Below, one piece after another: positions 7,534-15,920 of a stretch of 34,875 nucleotides of DNA. Numbering within the stretch: position 1 is the stretch's first letter; every line of letters begins with the position of its first letter. Location of the stretch: NCBI GenBank assembly GCA_043779575.1, contig JAYWEB010000111.1:1-34875 (forward strand), written 5' to 3'. Below the pieces are notes generated by a model. That model was not told where the DNA came from. It saw nothing but the letters and a program-made list of their open reading frames with translations, and searched no databases. The DNA is from Chthoniobacter sp. (GTDB lineage: Bacteria; Verrucomicrobiota; Verrucomicrobiia; Chthoniobacterales; Chthoniobacteraceae). A program made the position numbers and the translations under genes.

Positions 7534-7673
7534 ACGGCTCCACATTCGGTGGAGCCCATGCACCCGTTCACACCTCCTTCGCTTCAACCCCGCGGGTGCG
7601 TTTCATCCCGCGACGCACGCCTTTCCACGCCGGCCGCGGATGCACTGATTGGCGCCTGTGCCAGGTCAAGAGC

Positions 7674-8360
7674 ATGAGGAAACGCATACTGATCGCGGAC
7701 GATGAGCTGGACGTGCTCGCCCTGCTGGAGACGCGGCTTTCCGCCTCCGGCTACGAGGTGCTCAAAGCCAGCGACGGCCCCACCGCGCTCGCCCGCGCCC
7801 GCACCGACAACCCTGCGCTCCTCGTGCTCGACGTGATGATGCCCGGCATGTCCGGCTTCGAGGTTTGCCGCACTTTGAAAGCCGACCCGAAGACCGCGCG
7901 CCTGCCCATCATCCTGCTCACCGCGCGGCACGAGGAGATCGACCGCGTGCTCGGCTTTGAGTTCGGGGCCGATGACTATGTTTTGAAACCCTTCAGCCCG
8001 CGCGAACTGGTGCTGCGTATCCAGGCGCTGCTGCGCCACCAGCTCCAGCCGCTCACCGAACCGAGCGCGATTCTCAAGCTCGGCCCGATCAGCGTGGACC
8101 GCTTTGCCCATCGCGTGACCGTGCAAAACCGGGCCGTGGAATTGACCCGCACTGAATTCAAACTGCTGAGCATTCTCATGGAAACGCCGGGCCGGGTGCT
8201 CAACCGCGAGGAGTTGCTCGAGTCCGTCTGGCCGGCGCAAGCCAACATCGAGATCCGCACCGTGGACACCCACATGCGCCGACTCCGCGACAAGCTGGGC
8301 AGCCGTGGCAAACAGATTCAGACCATTCGCGGCTTTGGCTACCGGATCGACGGCGCGTAG
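7674..8360 (+). CDS. phoB: OmpR-family response regulator, PhoB-like (228 aa)
   Basis: Receiver motifs ILIADDE, LDVMMPG, ILLTAR, GADDYVLKPFS. Winged-helix motifs LTRTEFKLL, RTVDTHMRRLRDKLG, IQTIRGFGY. TARLPIILLTA and EEIDRVLG are PhoB-like. OmpR family is secure; PhoB orthology is inferred. Confidence 0.8.
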   Translation: MRKRILIADDELDVLALLETRLSASGYEVLKASDGPTALARARTDNPALLVLDVMMPGMSGFEVCRTLKADPKTARLPIILLTARHEEIDRVLGFEFGADDYVLKPFSPRELVLRIQALLRHQLQPLTEPSAILKLGPISVDRFAHRVTVQNRAVELTRTEFKLLSILMETPGRVLNREELLESVWPAQANIEIRTVDTHMRRLRDKLGSRGKQIQTIRGFGYRIDGA

Positions 8361-8369
8361 CGCGCCGCC

Positions 8370-9035
8370 TCACGGCTCGCTAGTTCTTCCAGTCGGCGGC
8401 GGCGTCCGCTTTTTCCCAAAGCCGTGCAGCAGCAGCAGCACCGCCGCCGCCAGCAGCACGATACCGCCCATCGCGCGATTCACCATCCGGTCGCGCCGCG
8501 CCGCCGCCGCCGCCTCGTCTTGGAGTTGGCTCAGTCCCGCGAGAATCGTCCGCGCGCTCGCCTCCACTTTGTCCCGCGACAACCTTCCTCCCCGCTGAAT
8601 CTGCCTCAGTGGCGCACCCAGCGCCATGTGCCGCGTGAAGGGCGGAAACTGCCGGTCGGTTTCACGGCTCGCGAGAACCGCCGCCTCGCCGCCCTCATCC
8701 TCGAAAATAAGCACCATGCCCACCGATCCCCCGACCCAGCGCTCCACGTAGCGATGGCCCAGCTCCGAGAGCCGGGCTTTTTTCTGCGAAGGTGGCACCC
8801 ACAGCGAATGAACCGTGAGCAGATAGACCGAGATCCCGCGCTCGCGCGCCCCGGCCATCAGGTATTGGTTCAGTGCTTCCGCCCGCTCGGGAAGCAGGAC
8901 GGAGGCTTGATCCGCCACGAGGCCGGCGGGTTTTTCCGGGAAGGGTTCGTCGTCGCAGCTCCCCGTCGCGACGAGCGCCAGACTCAGACCGCAGGTCAGA
9001 GAAGCAAATTGGTGACAACGCACCCGGAAGATCAT
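8370..9035 (-). CDS. TPM-domain protein with C-terminal TM helix
   Basis: N-terminal signal-like segment, LVADQASVLLPERAEALNQYL..GISVYLLTV, MVLIF, and a C-terminal hydrophobic helix followed by basic residues. Start is uncertain (9035 or 9062). Confidence 0.7.
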   Translation of the reverse strand: MIFRVRCHQFASLTCGLSLALVATGSCDDEPFPEKPAGLVADQASVLLPERAEALNQYLMAGARERGISVYLLTVHSLWVPPSQKKARLSELGHRYVERWVGGSVGMVLIFEDEGGEAAVLASRETDRQFPPFTRHMALGAPLRQIQRGGRLSRDKVEASARTILAGLSQLQDEAAAAARRDRMVNRAMGGIVLLAAAVLLLLHGFGKKRTPPPTGRTSEP

Positions 9036-9141
9036 GGGGAAAAGCACGGTTAGGGTACTCACAAAGGCCTGCGGGGCTGGAGCCGGTCAATCACAATTTG
9101 AGGCGTTCCGACCTGAGAATGCCGCCGCCCAACAGTCAAAA

Positions 9142-9174
9142 GCGTCATGCTATTGCCATGTCCGCGTCATGCCC
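9142..9174 (+). promoter_or_regulatory. Pho-box-like triple direct repeat
   Basis: GCGTCATGCTA-TTGCCATGTCC-GCGTCATGCCC: three half-sites at exact 11-bp spacing, resembling the PhoB GTCAT core. Confidence 0.6.
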
Positions 9175-9354
9175 AAACGCCCTCATGGGTCATTGTGGCG
9201 GTTCCGTCGCATTCGACCCGGAATCTTTGCAACACCCCCCTTTACCAAGCCACCCACCACCCTTAAAAAAAGTGCGCCGATAAAAGTGCAATTACTGCCC
9301 TTCATTCGGTTTCACCATCCGACAATCCACCTAAATAAAAATCATCTCATGCAT

Positions 9355-10266
9355 ATGAAAAAATCCCTCAAAGTCCTGTCTCTTGCCGTCCTCGCCGTGG
9401 GCGGGCTGGGAGTTGCGCCAGCCATGGCGCAAAACCCCAACTTCACCCCCGGTGACCTCATCATGGGCTTCCGCGCCACGGGCGGCATCGGCTCGACCAG
9501 CACCATCCTCGCGGACCTCGGCGACACGGCCACCGTTTACCGCGATGCGACTGGTTCGATCACCAACATCCTGAACCTTGGGACGGTGCTCTCCAACACG
9601 TTCGGAACCGGCGCCGGAAACGCCATCGAATGGTATGAGCGGACGGATCTCCTCTTCGGTCTCGCCGGGACCTGGAGCAATAGCAACCCTCCCAGCAGCC
9701 TGCAAAACGGCGATCCCGAGTCCACGCTCTACATTTCCAAGTCCCGCACCGCCGTCGGGGCCAATGAGTTTCTGAAGAACTCGACCATCAACGCGCCGAG
9801 CCTGGGCAATACGTCCGCCGCGGCGAACGCGATGATCTCCATGCAGCAGGTGCTGGAAACCCAGTATAGCAACGGCACGGAGGTCATCCCGACCTCCCTC
9901 GCCAATACTTGGGATGAATACAATCCCATGACGGGCGCGACCCAGAATACGGCTTGGGGCGGCGCCTTCACCGGTGGCATCCAGCAGGCATTCTCGGTCG
10001 GGAACCGGGGCACTTATTCCGTGGGTATCGCGGAAGGCGCACTCGACCTCTACCGCGTCTCGCTCGCGGAAAATGGCGATGTCCCCGGAGGTTATGTCTC
10101 ATCGACGGCCAACCGCGCGGGTGAGTTCCAAGGCACGATCGTCATCGCCCAGAGCGGTGCGGTTTCCTTCAACGCCGCCTCCGTGCCCGAGCCAACCTCC
10201 GCGATGCTGCTCGGCATCACTGGCCTGGTAGGCGTCATCGCCCGCCGCCGCCGTTCCATCGCTTAA
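9355..10266 (+). CDS. PEP-CTERM sorting-domain surface protein (303 aa)
   Basis: Signal peptide MKKSLKVLSLAVLAVGGLGVAPAMA. C-terminus VPEPTSAMLLGITGLVGVIARRRR. Confidence 0.92.
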   Translation: MKKSLKVLSLAVLAVGGLGVAPAMAQNPNFTPGDLIMGFRATGGIGSTSTILADLGDTATVYRDATGSITNILNLGTVLSNTFGTGAGNAIEWYERTDLLFGLAGTWSNSNPPSSLQNGDPESTLYISKSRTAVGANEFLKNSTINAPSLGNTSAAANAMISMQQVLETQYSNGTEVIPTSLANTWDEYNPMTGATQNTAWGGAFTGGIQQAFSVGNRGTYSVGIAEGALDLYRVSLAENGDVPGGYVSSTANRAGEFQGTIVIAQSGAVSFNAASVPEPTSAMLLGITGLVGVIARRRRSIA

Positions 10267-10342
10267 GTCACTTCAGCAATAAAAACCACCATCCAGCAGA
10301 CCTAATAAACCCAACGCAACAGCAATCCTAAAATCCTCAAAA

Positions 10343-11599
10343 ATGAAAACCAAATTCATCCTTAGCGGCCTCGCCGCCCTTGCCCTTGCGGTTACCGCAA
10401 ACGCGCAAGTTGTCGTCAATGTCACCGGCTCGACGGCCTTCCGCAGCGCCGCCGTTGACACCATCATCGCGTCCTACGGCGCCGGCCTCACCGGCGTCGC
10501 CCACACCGGCACCGCCGGCACCATCGCCGCTCTCCGCGGGGCCACCCGCTCCATCTTCCGGGGCACCTTCCCCGGTTCCGGCGATACCATCATCCGCTGC
10601 ACCTGGACCGGATCTGTCGAGGGCATCCGCGATCTGGCCGTCCCGCAGAATCAAACCTTCCTGCCCGCCTCGGCGCTGACCGGAAGCGGCACGTCCTACA
10701 CCGGACCGAACAGCGTCACGGCGTATTTCAGCAGCACGGCCACCCCGGCCAGCGCACCCGCGAAGTTTGCCTTCTCCGACGTGTTTCCCACGACCTCGCC
10801 CTACGATGTGTCGGGCCTCACCGATACCCAGGTGGGTGTCCTCACCTTCGTCCCGATCGCGAACAAAGGTGTCTCGGCCAACCTGACGAACCTCACCACG
10901 CAGCAGTTCAAGGCGCTCTTTGGATCGGGTTTCCAAAAGCTCAGCCTGTTCACTGGCATCGCTACGGACACCACCAATGTCTATGCAACCGGACGCAGTG
11001 ACCTTTCCGGGACGCGCTCGACTTACCTGGCCGAACCCGGCTACGGCGTCTCGCAGGTCGTCAACCAGTGGAAACCCACGGTCGTCACCGGTGCTGTCAC
11101 CACGCTGCAAAACTGGCCGGTCGGCGACGGCGTCAACGCTTCGAGCGTGTGGAACGGCGATGTCGCGGGCAATGGCGGCTTCCAGAGCGGCGGAACCGTT
11201 TCCACCGCCTTGCAGGCCACCACAGCCTCGGTGCAGTTGAAAAACGCTGCCGGCACCAACATCGGCACTCCCGTGGCCGTGAACTACATCAGCGTCCTCG
11301 GCTCGGCGGACTCCTTGACCGCCGTCACCGGCGGCGCGAAGGCTCTTAGCTACAACGGCGTGGGGATCACCCCGGCCAGCCCGCTCAGCGCGGCGGACAT
11401 CGCCAAAGTCGCCCGCGGTGCCTACACCATGTGGGGCTACGAGCACCTGATGTATGGCGGCGACCTGTCGGCGGCGCAGGATCAGGCGTTCTTCGACCAA
11501 ATCACCGCGAACATCGCTGCGAACCTCGGTTCCGCCGGTATCCCGATCGGGACGATGGTCGTGTCGCGGGGCGATGACGGCGGTCTGGTTGCCCCGTAG
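10343..11599 (+). CDS. Exported PstS/DING-like phosphate-binding-fold protein (418 aa)
   Basis: Signal peptide ending ANA-Q. Motifs VTGSTAF, TGSVEGI, FAFSD and GRSDLSGTR occur in the order of the PstS phosphate-binding motifs (GST, GSGxG, ASD, RSDGSGT). Confidence 0.7.
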   Translation: MKTKFILSGLAALALAVTANAQVVVNVTGSTAFRSAAVDTIIASYGAGLTGVAHTGTAGTIAALRGATRSIFRGTFPGSGDTIIRCTWTGSVEGIRDLAVPQNQTFLPASALTGSGTSYTGPNSVTAYFSSTATPASAPAKFAFSDVFPTTSPYDVSGLTDTQVGVLTFVPIANKGVSANLTNLTTQQFKALFGSGFQKLSLFTGIATDTTNVYATGRSDLSGTRSTYLAEPGYGVSQVVNQWKPTVVTGAVTTLQNWPVGDGVNASSVWNGDVAGNGGFQSGGTVSTALQATTASVQLKNAAGTNIGTPVAVNYISVLGSADSLTAVTGGAKALSYNGVGITPASPLSAADIAKVARGAYTMWGYEHLMYGGDLSAAQDQAFFDQITANIAANLGSAGIPIGTMVVSRGDDGGLVAP

Positions 11600-11656
11600 T
11601 CGCAAACCTGGCCCTCCTTCCTGCGGCGAGACTCCGCAGAAGGTCATCAAATCACG

Positions 11657-11691
11657 ACTGGCGCCGGGGCAACCCGGCGCCAGTTTGTTTT
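11657..11691 (+). terminator. Rho-independent terminator
   Basis: Perfect 12-bp stem ACTGGCGCCGGG-GCAA-CCCGGCGCCAGT followed by TTGTTTT. A second stem (CTGCGG/CCGCAG) lies at 11621-11639. Confidence 0.8.
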
Positions 11692-11734
11692 GGTTCAACG
11701 CACCGATTTTTTCCTCACCCGCGCGAACTTTCCG

Positions 11735-12397
11735 ATGCTCATGCACAAATCCACCGCTTTGCTTTGCGGCAGTCTGGCACTCGCCGTGGCCACCATCGGC
11801 TATTACGCCCTCGACACCGACGACCGGCCTTTTCCTCCAGCCGAACTGCCCGCGGAGGGGCCGGCCAAGTCTCCCCAAAATTCTTTCCGCTCCGCTGCGG
11901 CTCCCGCGGTGACTGCACCGACGGCGGGAGAAAGTGAGCCGGCGGCAACGGATGTCGCCGCCGCTCCAGTGGTGTCGAAAGTTACGGGTGACCCATCACC
12001 CGCCGGATCGTCCATGACGGCAGCAGCGGCGCGACCAGCAGACGTTGCTGCATCCGGCTCGGGTGCCCGGCCGCCGCAGACCGTGGCAGCGCCCGCTCGA
12101 CAGGCGCAGGTATTCGGGTTGCCGCCTGGGCTTCAGGCACCGGCGGCGCTCATTGAAACCGATCCCTCCCTGAAGCTTTCTCCGCTGCAGGAGGATCTGA
12201 AAAAAGAGATCACCAAGCAGTTTCTCGCAGCGATCAACGGCGGGGTCACCGGTGCCTCCGAGGGTGCGGTCGTGGAGGCCGATGCCTGGACCGCCGCGCA
12301 GGCGCGGGCGGACAGTCGTTTTCGCAAGTTATTCGGGGACGCCGCGTACATGAGCCAGAGCTTGAACGCGGCCCGCATCCCCCTTCTGCCGGAATAA
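11735..12397 (+). CDS. Hypothetical protein: N-terminal anchor, Pro/Ala-rich linker, small helical C-terminal domain
   Basis: ALLCGSLALAVATIGYYAL hydrophobic segment. C-terminal WTAAQARADSRFRKLFGDAAY. Start is 11735 or 11741. Confidence 0.65.
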   Translation: MLMHKSTALLCGSLALAVATIGYYALDTDDRPFPPAELPAEGPAKSPQNSFRSAAAPAVTAPTAGESEPAATDVAAAPVVSKVTGDPSPAGSSMTAAAARPADVAASGSGARPPQTVAAPARQAQVFGLPPGLQAPAALIETDPSLKLSPLQEDLKKEITKQFLAAINGGVTGASEGAVVEADAWTAAQARADSRFRKLFGDAAYMSQSLNAARIPLLPE

Positions 12398-12410
12398 CAT
12401 CGGGCGGGCG

Positions 12411-13301
12411 TTACGGAGCGACCGCCGGCTTGGCCGCCTTCAGCAATTCAGCCGCCTGCCGACGCGCCTCGGCGGCGTCCTCCGCCGGAGTTTTTTCGAG
12501 AATCTCGTCGAGTGCTTTTTTCGCGGTGACCTCGCCGCGCAGGTCCGCGACCATGAGCCATTTGAGAGCTTCGATTTTCGCCGCCCGCTCTTCTTTGGGC
12601 TGGCCGGCGAGCAGCAGGCCGAGGTTGCTCTGCGCCTTCGCGTGATCCTGCCCGGCGGCCTTGCGGAACCACGCTTCGGCTTCCTGCCAATTCGATTTCG
12701 TGCCTTTCGCGTCGCGCAGCATCGTGCCGACCGTGTTCTGGGCATTTGCGTTGCCGGTCTCCGCGGCTTTCAGCAGCAGGGCGAAAGCGCGCTCGTAGTC
12801 CTGAGGCTGGCCGGATTCTCCGAAGTAGAGAGCCTCACCTTGCAGCACGAGCGCCTCCACCATGCCTTGGTCCGAGGCGCGCTGAATCCATTGAAACGCC
12901 TCCTTCTCATCCTTCGGCACACCCCGGCCTGCGAGCAGCATCCGCCCGAGATTGAACTGCGCTTTCGCTACGCCTTTGTCCGCGGCTTTTCTCAACCACG
13001 CCACCGCCTGCGCGTCGTCCTGGGCGACTCCCAAGCCGCCGGAATACATGAACCCGATCCCGGCTTCGGCCTCCGCGTGGCCTTGCGCCGCCGCTTTCCG
13101 CATCGCGGCCAGCGCCTGCGCATAGTCGCGCGGCACGCCCTCGCCGCGGAGATATGCCCGGCCGAGCCGGTATTGGGCGTTCAAGTCGCCCTTCTCCGCC
13201 GCCGTTCTCACTTTTTCCAATTCTAAATCATCCGCGTAACTGCACAGCGCGGATGCCAGGGTGAAAAGGAGGAAGGCGCGGAAGATCGTTTTCGATTTCA
13301 T
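12411..13301 (-). CDS. Sel1-like repeat (TPR) protein, exported
   Basis: Signal peptide and about six repeats of type AQYRLGRAYLRGEGVPRDYAQALAAMRKAAAQG. Confidence 0.92.
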   Translation of the reverse strand: MKSKTIFRAFLLFTLASALCSYADDLELEKVRTAAEKGDLNAQYRLGRAYLRGEGVPRDYAQALAAMRKAAAQGHAEAEAGIGFMYSGGLGVAQDDAQAVAWLRKAADKGVAKAQFNLGRMLLAGRGVPKDEKEAFQWIQRASDQGMVEALVLQGEALYFGESGQPQDYERAFALLLKAAETGNANAQNTVGTMLRDAKGTKSNWQEAEAWFRKAAGQDHAKAQSNLGLLLAGQPKEERAAKIEALKWLMVADLRGEVTAKKALDEILEKTPAEDAAEARRQAAELLKAAKPAVAP

Positions 13302-13418
13302 CCGCAAACCATACCTCAAGAACCGCTTTTACTTCACGTTACAATTCGGAAACAGCGCCACGGTTTCCGAGGAAAGGGATCGCTCCGATGATTGACGGAG
13401 ACCGCCAGCCGCGGCCTT

Positions 13419-13847
13419 CTACTGGTCATTCCGACCCGCCGCATAAGCCTCAAACACCCGCCGGATTTCATCGCGAACGCGGCGAAAGACGGCGAATTGC
13501 TCGTCCTCGGTTCCCGTGGCGTGCGCGGGATCGTCGAAGCCCCAATGGTGGCGGTTCACCTGACCGGGAAACATCGGGCACGCTTGGTCGGCGTTGCCGC
13601 AAACGGTGATCACGGTTTCGACTGGCTGAGTGAGAAACTCGCTGAGGTGTTTGGACTGGTGCGCGCTGCAGTCGATGCCGATTTCCTGCATCGCCTTGAT
13701 CGCCAGGGGATGCACATAGCCCGCCGGTTTGGAGCCGGCACTGGCGACGCGGAAGGTCTCGCCAGCAGCTGCCCGGAGGATGCCTTCGGCAAGGTGACTA
13801 CGGCAGGAGTTGCCCGTGCAGAGGATCAGTACGAGGGGTTTTTCCAT
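13419..13847 (-). CDS. arsC: Arsenate reductase ArsC (LMW-PTP fold, thioredoxin type)
   Basis: P-loop CTGNSCRS, plus [13 protein letters not shown] and HWGFDDP. Confidence 0.92.
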   Translation of the reverse strand: MEKPLVLILCTGNSCRSHLAEGILRAAAGETFRVASAGSKPAGYVHPLAIKAMQEIGIDCSAHQSKHLSEFLTQPVETVITVCGNADQACPMFPGQVNRHHWGFDDPAHATGTEDEQFAVFRRVRDEIRRVFEAYAAGRNDQ

Positions 13848-13858
13848 GGTGAAAAATC

Positions 13859-14308
13859 TCAGCAGCAACCTTCACCCGCACAGCCGCTAGTGGGTTCAAC
13901 AAGGCAGACGTCTTTGGCGAGGCAGTCGGTGTGTTTCGAGCCGAGTTGAAAGGTGAGGACTCCGTCTTCTGCCTCTGCCGTCAGCACCGGGAATTGCGAG
14001 ATCGCACAGTCCTCGTATTCGATCTCCACATCGAGATCATCGCCGTTGAAAAGAGGCGCGGCCAGGTCGAAAGCCCCGGCCAGTTTGCGTGGCGCAAAAC
14101 GGTGATCCACGTCATCCGCGACCCATGACTGCAATGTGGCATTCGAGATTTTCCGCACCTTCCCGCCACAATCGATGAAGGTCTTGTCGATGCGGCCGAC
14201 TTCGGTGATGTGGGCGTGAACGGGCACGCGGTCCCCGTCGGGCAGGATGAAGCGGAGTTCGTGATTCGGATGATTGAGGAGGTGCGTTTTGAATTCGGTG
14301 GTTTTCAT
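13859..14308 (-). CDS. DUF6428-family protein (ars-associated)
   Basis: ATG 14308 overlaps the aquaporin stop (ATGA). [23 protein letters not shown], and Cys-rich tail [20 protein letters not shown]. Confidence 0.8.
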   Translation of the reverse strand: MKTTEFKTHLLNHPNHELRFILPDGDRVPVHAHITEVGRIDKTFIDCGGKVRKISNATLQSWVADDVDHRFAPRKLAGAFDLAAPLFNGDDLDVEIEYEDCAISQFPVLTAEAEDGVLTFQLGSKHTDCLAKDVCLVEPTSGCAGEGCC

Positions 14309-14988
14309 AGATTGGTTGGTTGGTCGTTTACATCGGCGTCGCAGCACGCCGGGCCGCGCACCAGCGCGCACATTGGCGTGGCGAGCAGAGCGCCGAGCAC
14401 GGGCCCGGCGAGATAGAGCCAAAAGTGTTCGAGGTGGCCGCTGACCACGGCGGGGGAAAGCGAGCGAGCGGGATTCATGGACGCGCCGCAAATCGGGCCG
14501 GCGAACATCGCTTCCAGCGCGATGACTGCGCCGATGGCGATGCCCGCGGTGATGCCTTTCTCTTTCGATCCGGTCGAGACGCTGAGAATCACCAGCATGA
14601 GCAGGAAAGTGAGCACGATTTCGAGAACGAAGCTCTGCATCGGCGTGCCTGCGGGAAGGGTCGCGCCGAGCAGGGTATCGGCCGGAAAAAGAAACCGCAG
14701 CAGTCCGCTCGCGGCGAATGCGCCGAGCACCTGCGCGCCAAGGTAGCCGGGGACATCGCGCCACGGAAAACGCCGCGCCGCGGCGAAGGCCGTGGTGACG
14801 GCGGGATTGAAGTGCGCGCCGCTGACATCGCCAAACGTGTAGATCATCGCGAGAACGATCAGGCCAAAGGTCAGCGCGATACCCGGATGTGTGATCGCCC
14901 CGCCGCTCTCGTGGTTGATGACGATCGCGCCGGTGCCAGCGAAGACGAGAGCGAAGGTTCCGATGAATTCTGAGAGCAGTTTTCTCAT
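14305..14988 (-). CDS. MIP-family aquaporin/aquaglyceroporin (probable arsenite channel)
   Basis: SGAHFNPAVT and GASMNPARS, six TM segments, C-terminal CC pair. Confidence 0.92.
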   Translation of the reverse strand: MRKLLSEFIGTFALVFAGTGAIVINHESGGAITHPGIALTFGLIVLAMIYTFGDVSGAHFNPAVTTAFAAARRFPWRDVPGYLGAQVLGAFAASGLLRFLFPADTLLGATLPAGTPMQSFVLEIVLTFLLMLVILSVSTGSKEKGITAGIAIGAVIALEAMFAGPICGASMNPARSLSPAVVSGHLEHFWLYLAGPVLGALLATPMCALVRGPACCDADVNDQPTNL

Positions 14989-14994
14989 CGGCCC

Positions 14995-15441
14995 TCAGTC
15001 AATCGCTTCGGCGAGCTCACACGCCTCGGCGCACCATGCTTCGATCTGCGCTTTGATCAGATCCCGGACACGCCGTGCCTCGGCGACCCCGGCTTCATCG
15101 CGACCCGTGACTGCTGACGGATCGGGAAAACTCCAGTGCAGGCGCTTCGTAACACCGGGAAAAATTGGGCAGCGCTCCGCGCTGACCTGATCGCAAACGG
15201 TGATGACATAAGCGAATGCTTTGCCCGATCTCCAAACGTCAAAGACACTCTGCGTGGCCCGGCCCGAAATATCGATGCCAACCTCGGACATCGCCTGCAC
15301 GACAAACGGATTAAGCTGACCCGGCTCCAACCCGGCGCTATGCGCCTCGAACTCGCCGCCACAAAGCTCGCTCAGCCACGCCTCAGCCATCTGGCTGCGC
15401 GCGCTGTTGTGAACGCAGATGAAGAGGACGCGCCTCTTCAT
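14995..15441 (-). CDS. arsC: Arsenate reductase ArsC (LMW-PTP fold), CVHNSARS variant
   Basis: ATG 15441 overlaps the arsR stop (ATGA). [36 protein letters not shown]. Confidence 0.92.
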   Translation of the reverse strand: MKRRVLFICVHNSARSQMAEAWLSELCGGEFEAHSAGLEPGQLNPFVVQAMSEVGIDISGRATQSVFDVWRSGKAFAYVITVCDQVSAERCPIFPGVTKRLHWSFPDPSAVTGRDEAGVAEARRVRDLIKAQIEAWCAEACELAEAID

Positions 15442-15839
15442 ACTCGTGCCGCCTTTCCTTTCCGCCCGCCTGCCGGTTTTCCCTGCGGCTTGCAACAGTC
15501 CGCAAGCCGTCCGTCGCAGTTCGCCAGCGCCTTCGTCATTCGTCGGAGGTCCGCGCCAAAGACGGCGTTCTCGCGGCAATAGTCCTGCAGACATTTCATG
15601 TTCGCGGCCAACTCCGGCGGGGGCTTCTCCGGCAGCGAGTAAACGATCCACGCGCCCGCCCGCTGCGTTTCCACGAGCGCGTGCTCGCGGAGATAGGCGA
15701 GGTGCTTGGAAATCTTCACCTGCGGCGCGCTGAGAATCTCCTGGAAATGACAGACGCAAAGGGCGCGATGCGAAAGAAGATGCAGGATGCGCAGCCGCGT
15801 CTCGTCGCAAAGGCATTTGTAAACCTGGATCAGCTTCAT
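15438..15839 (-). CDS. arsR: ArsR/SmtB family metalloregulator
   Basis: [10 protein letters not shown], metal-site [23 protein letters not shown]-terminal CC. Confidence 0.92.
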   Translation of the reverse strand: MKLIQVYKCLCDETRLRILHLLSHRALCVCHFQEILSAPQVKISKHLAYLREHALVETQRAGAWIVYSLPEKPPPELAANMKCLQDYCRENAVFGADLRRMTKALANCDGRLADCCKPQGKPAGGRKGKAARV

Positions 15840-15847
15840 CCCGCCAC

Positions 15848-15867
15848 ATATACGCTGAAACGCATAT
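15848..15867. promoter_or_regulatory. Putative ArsR operator
   Basis: Imperfect palindrome ATATACG-CTGAAA-CGCATAT, 8 bp upstream of the arsR start. Confidence 0.6.
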
Positions 15868-15920
15868 ACTCAAAGAAGAATATCTTGGGGCGGCGCGAAT
15901 CCGGCTGAGGTTCCCACAGG

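Noticed and set aside
7242-7673. N-terminal extension of the response regulator ORF
   Set aside because: Not protein-like and overlaps the LITAF-like gene. The receiver domain begins at ATG 7674.
9268-9289. Direct repeat AAAAGTGC x2 upstream of the PEP-CTERM gene
   Set aside because: Short, 14-bp spacing, no supporting pattern; may be chance.
9034-9354. N-terminal extension of the PEP-CTERM ORF
   Set aside because: The signal peptide begins at 9349/9355; the upstream part is promoter DNA.
10337-11878. 513-aa minus-strand ORF
   Set aside because: Antisense shadow of the PstS-like gene.
13346-13370. Inverted repeat TCGGAAAC/GTTTCCGA between arsC and the Sel1 gene
   Set aside because: 8-bp stem with no U-tract on the coding strand; cannot be assigned as a terminator or operator.
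13859-14764. 301-aa ORF overlapping the aquaporin
   Set aside because: The true start is ATG 14308. The upstream part is an alternate frame of the MIP gene.
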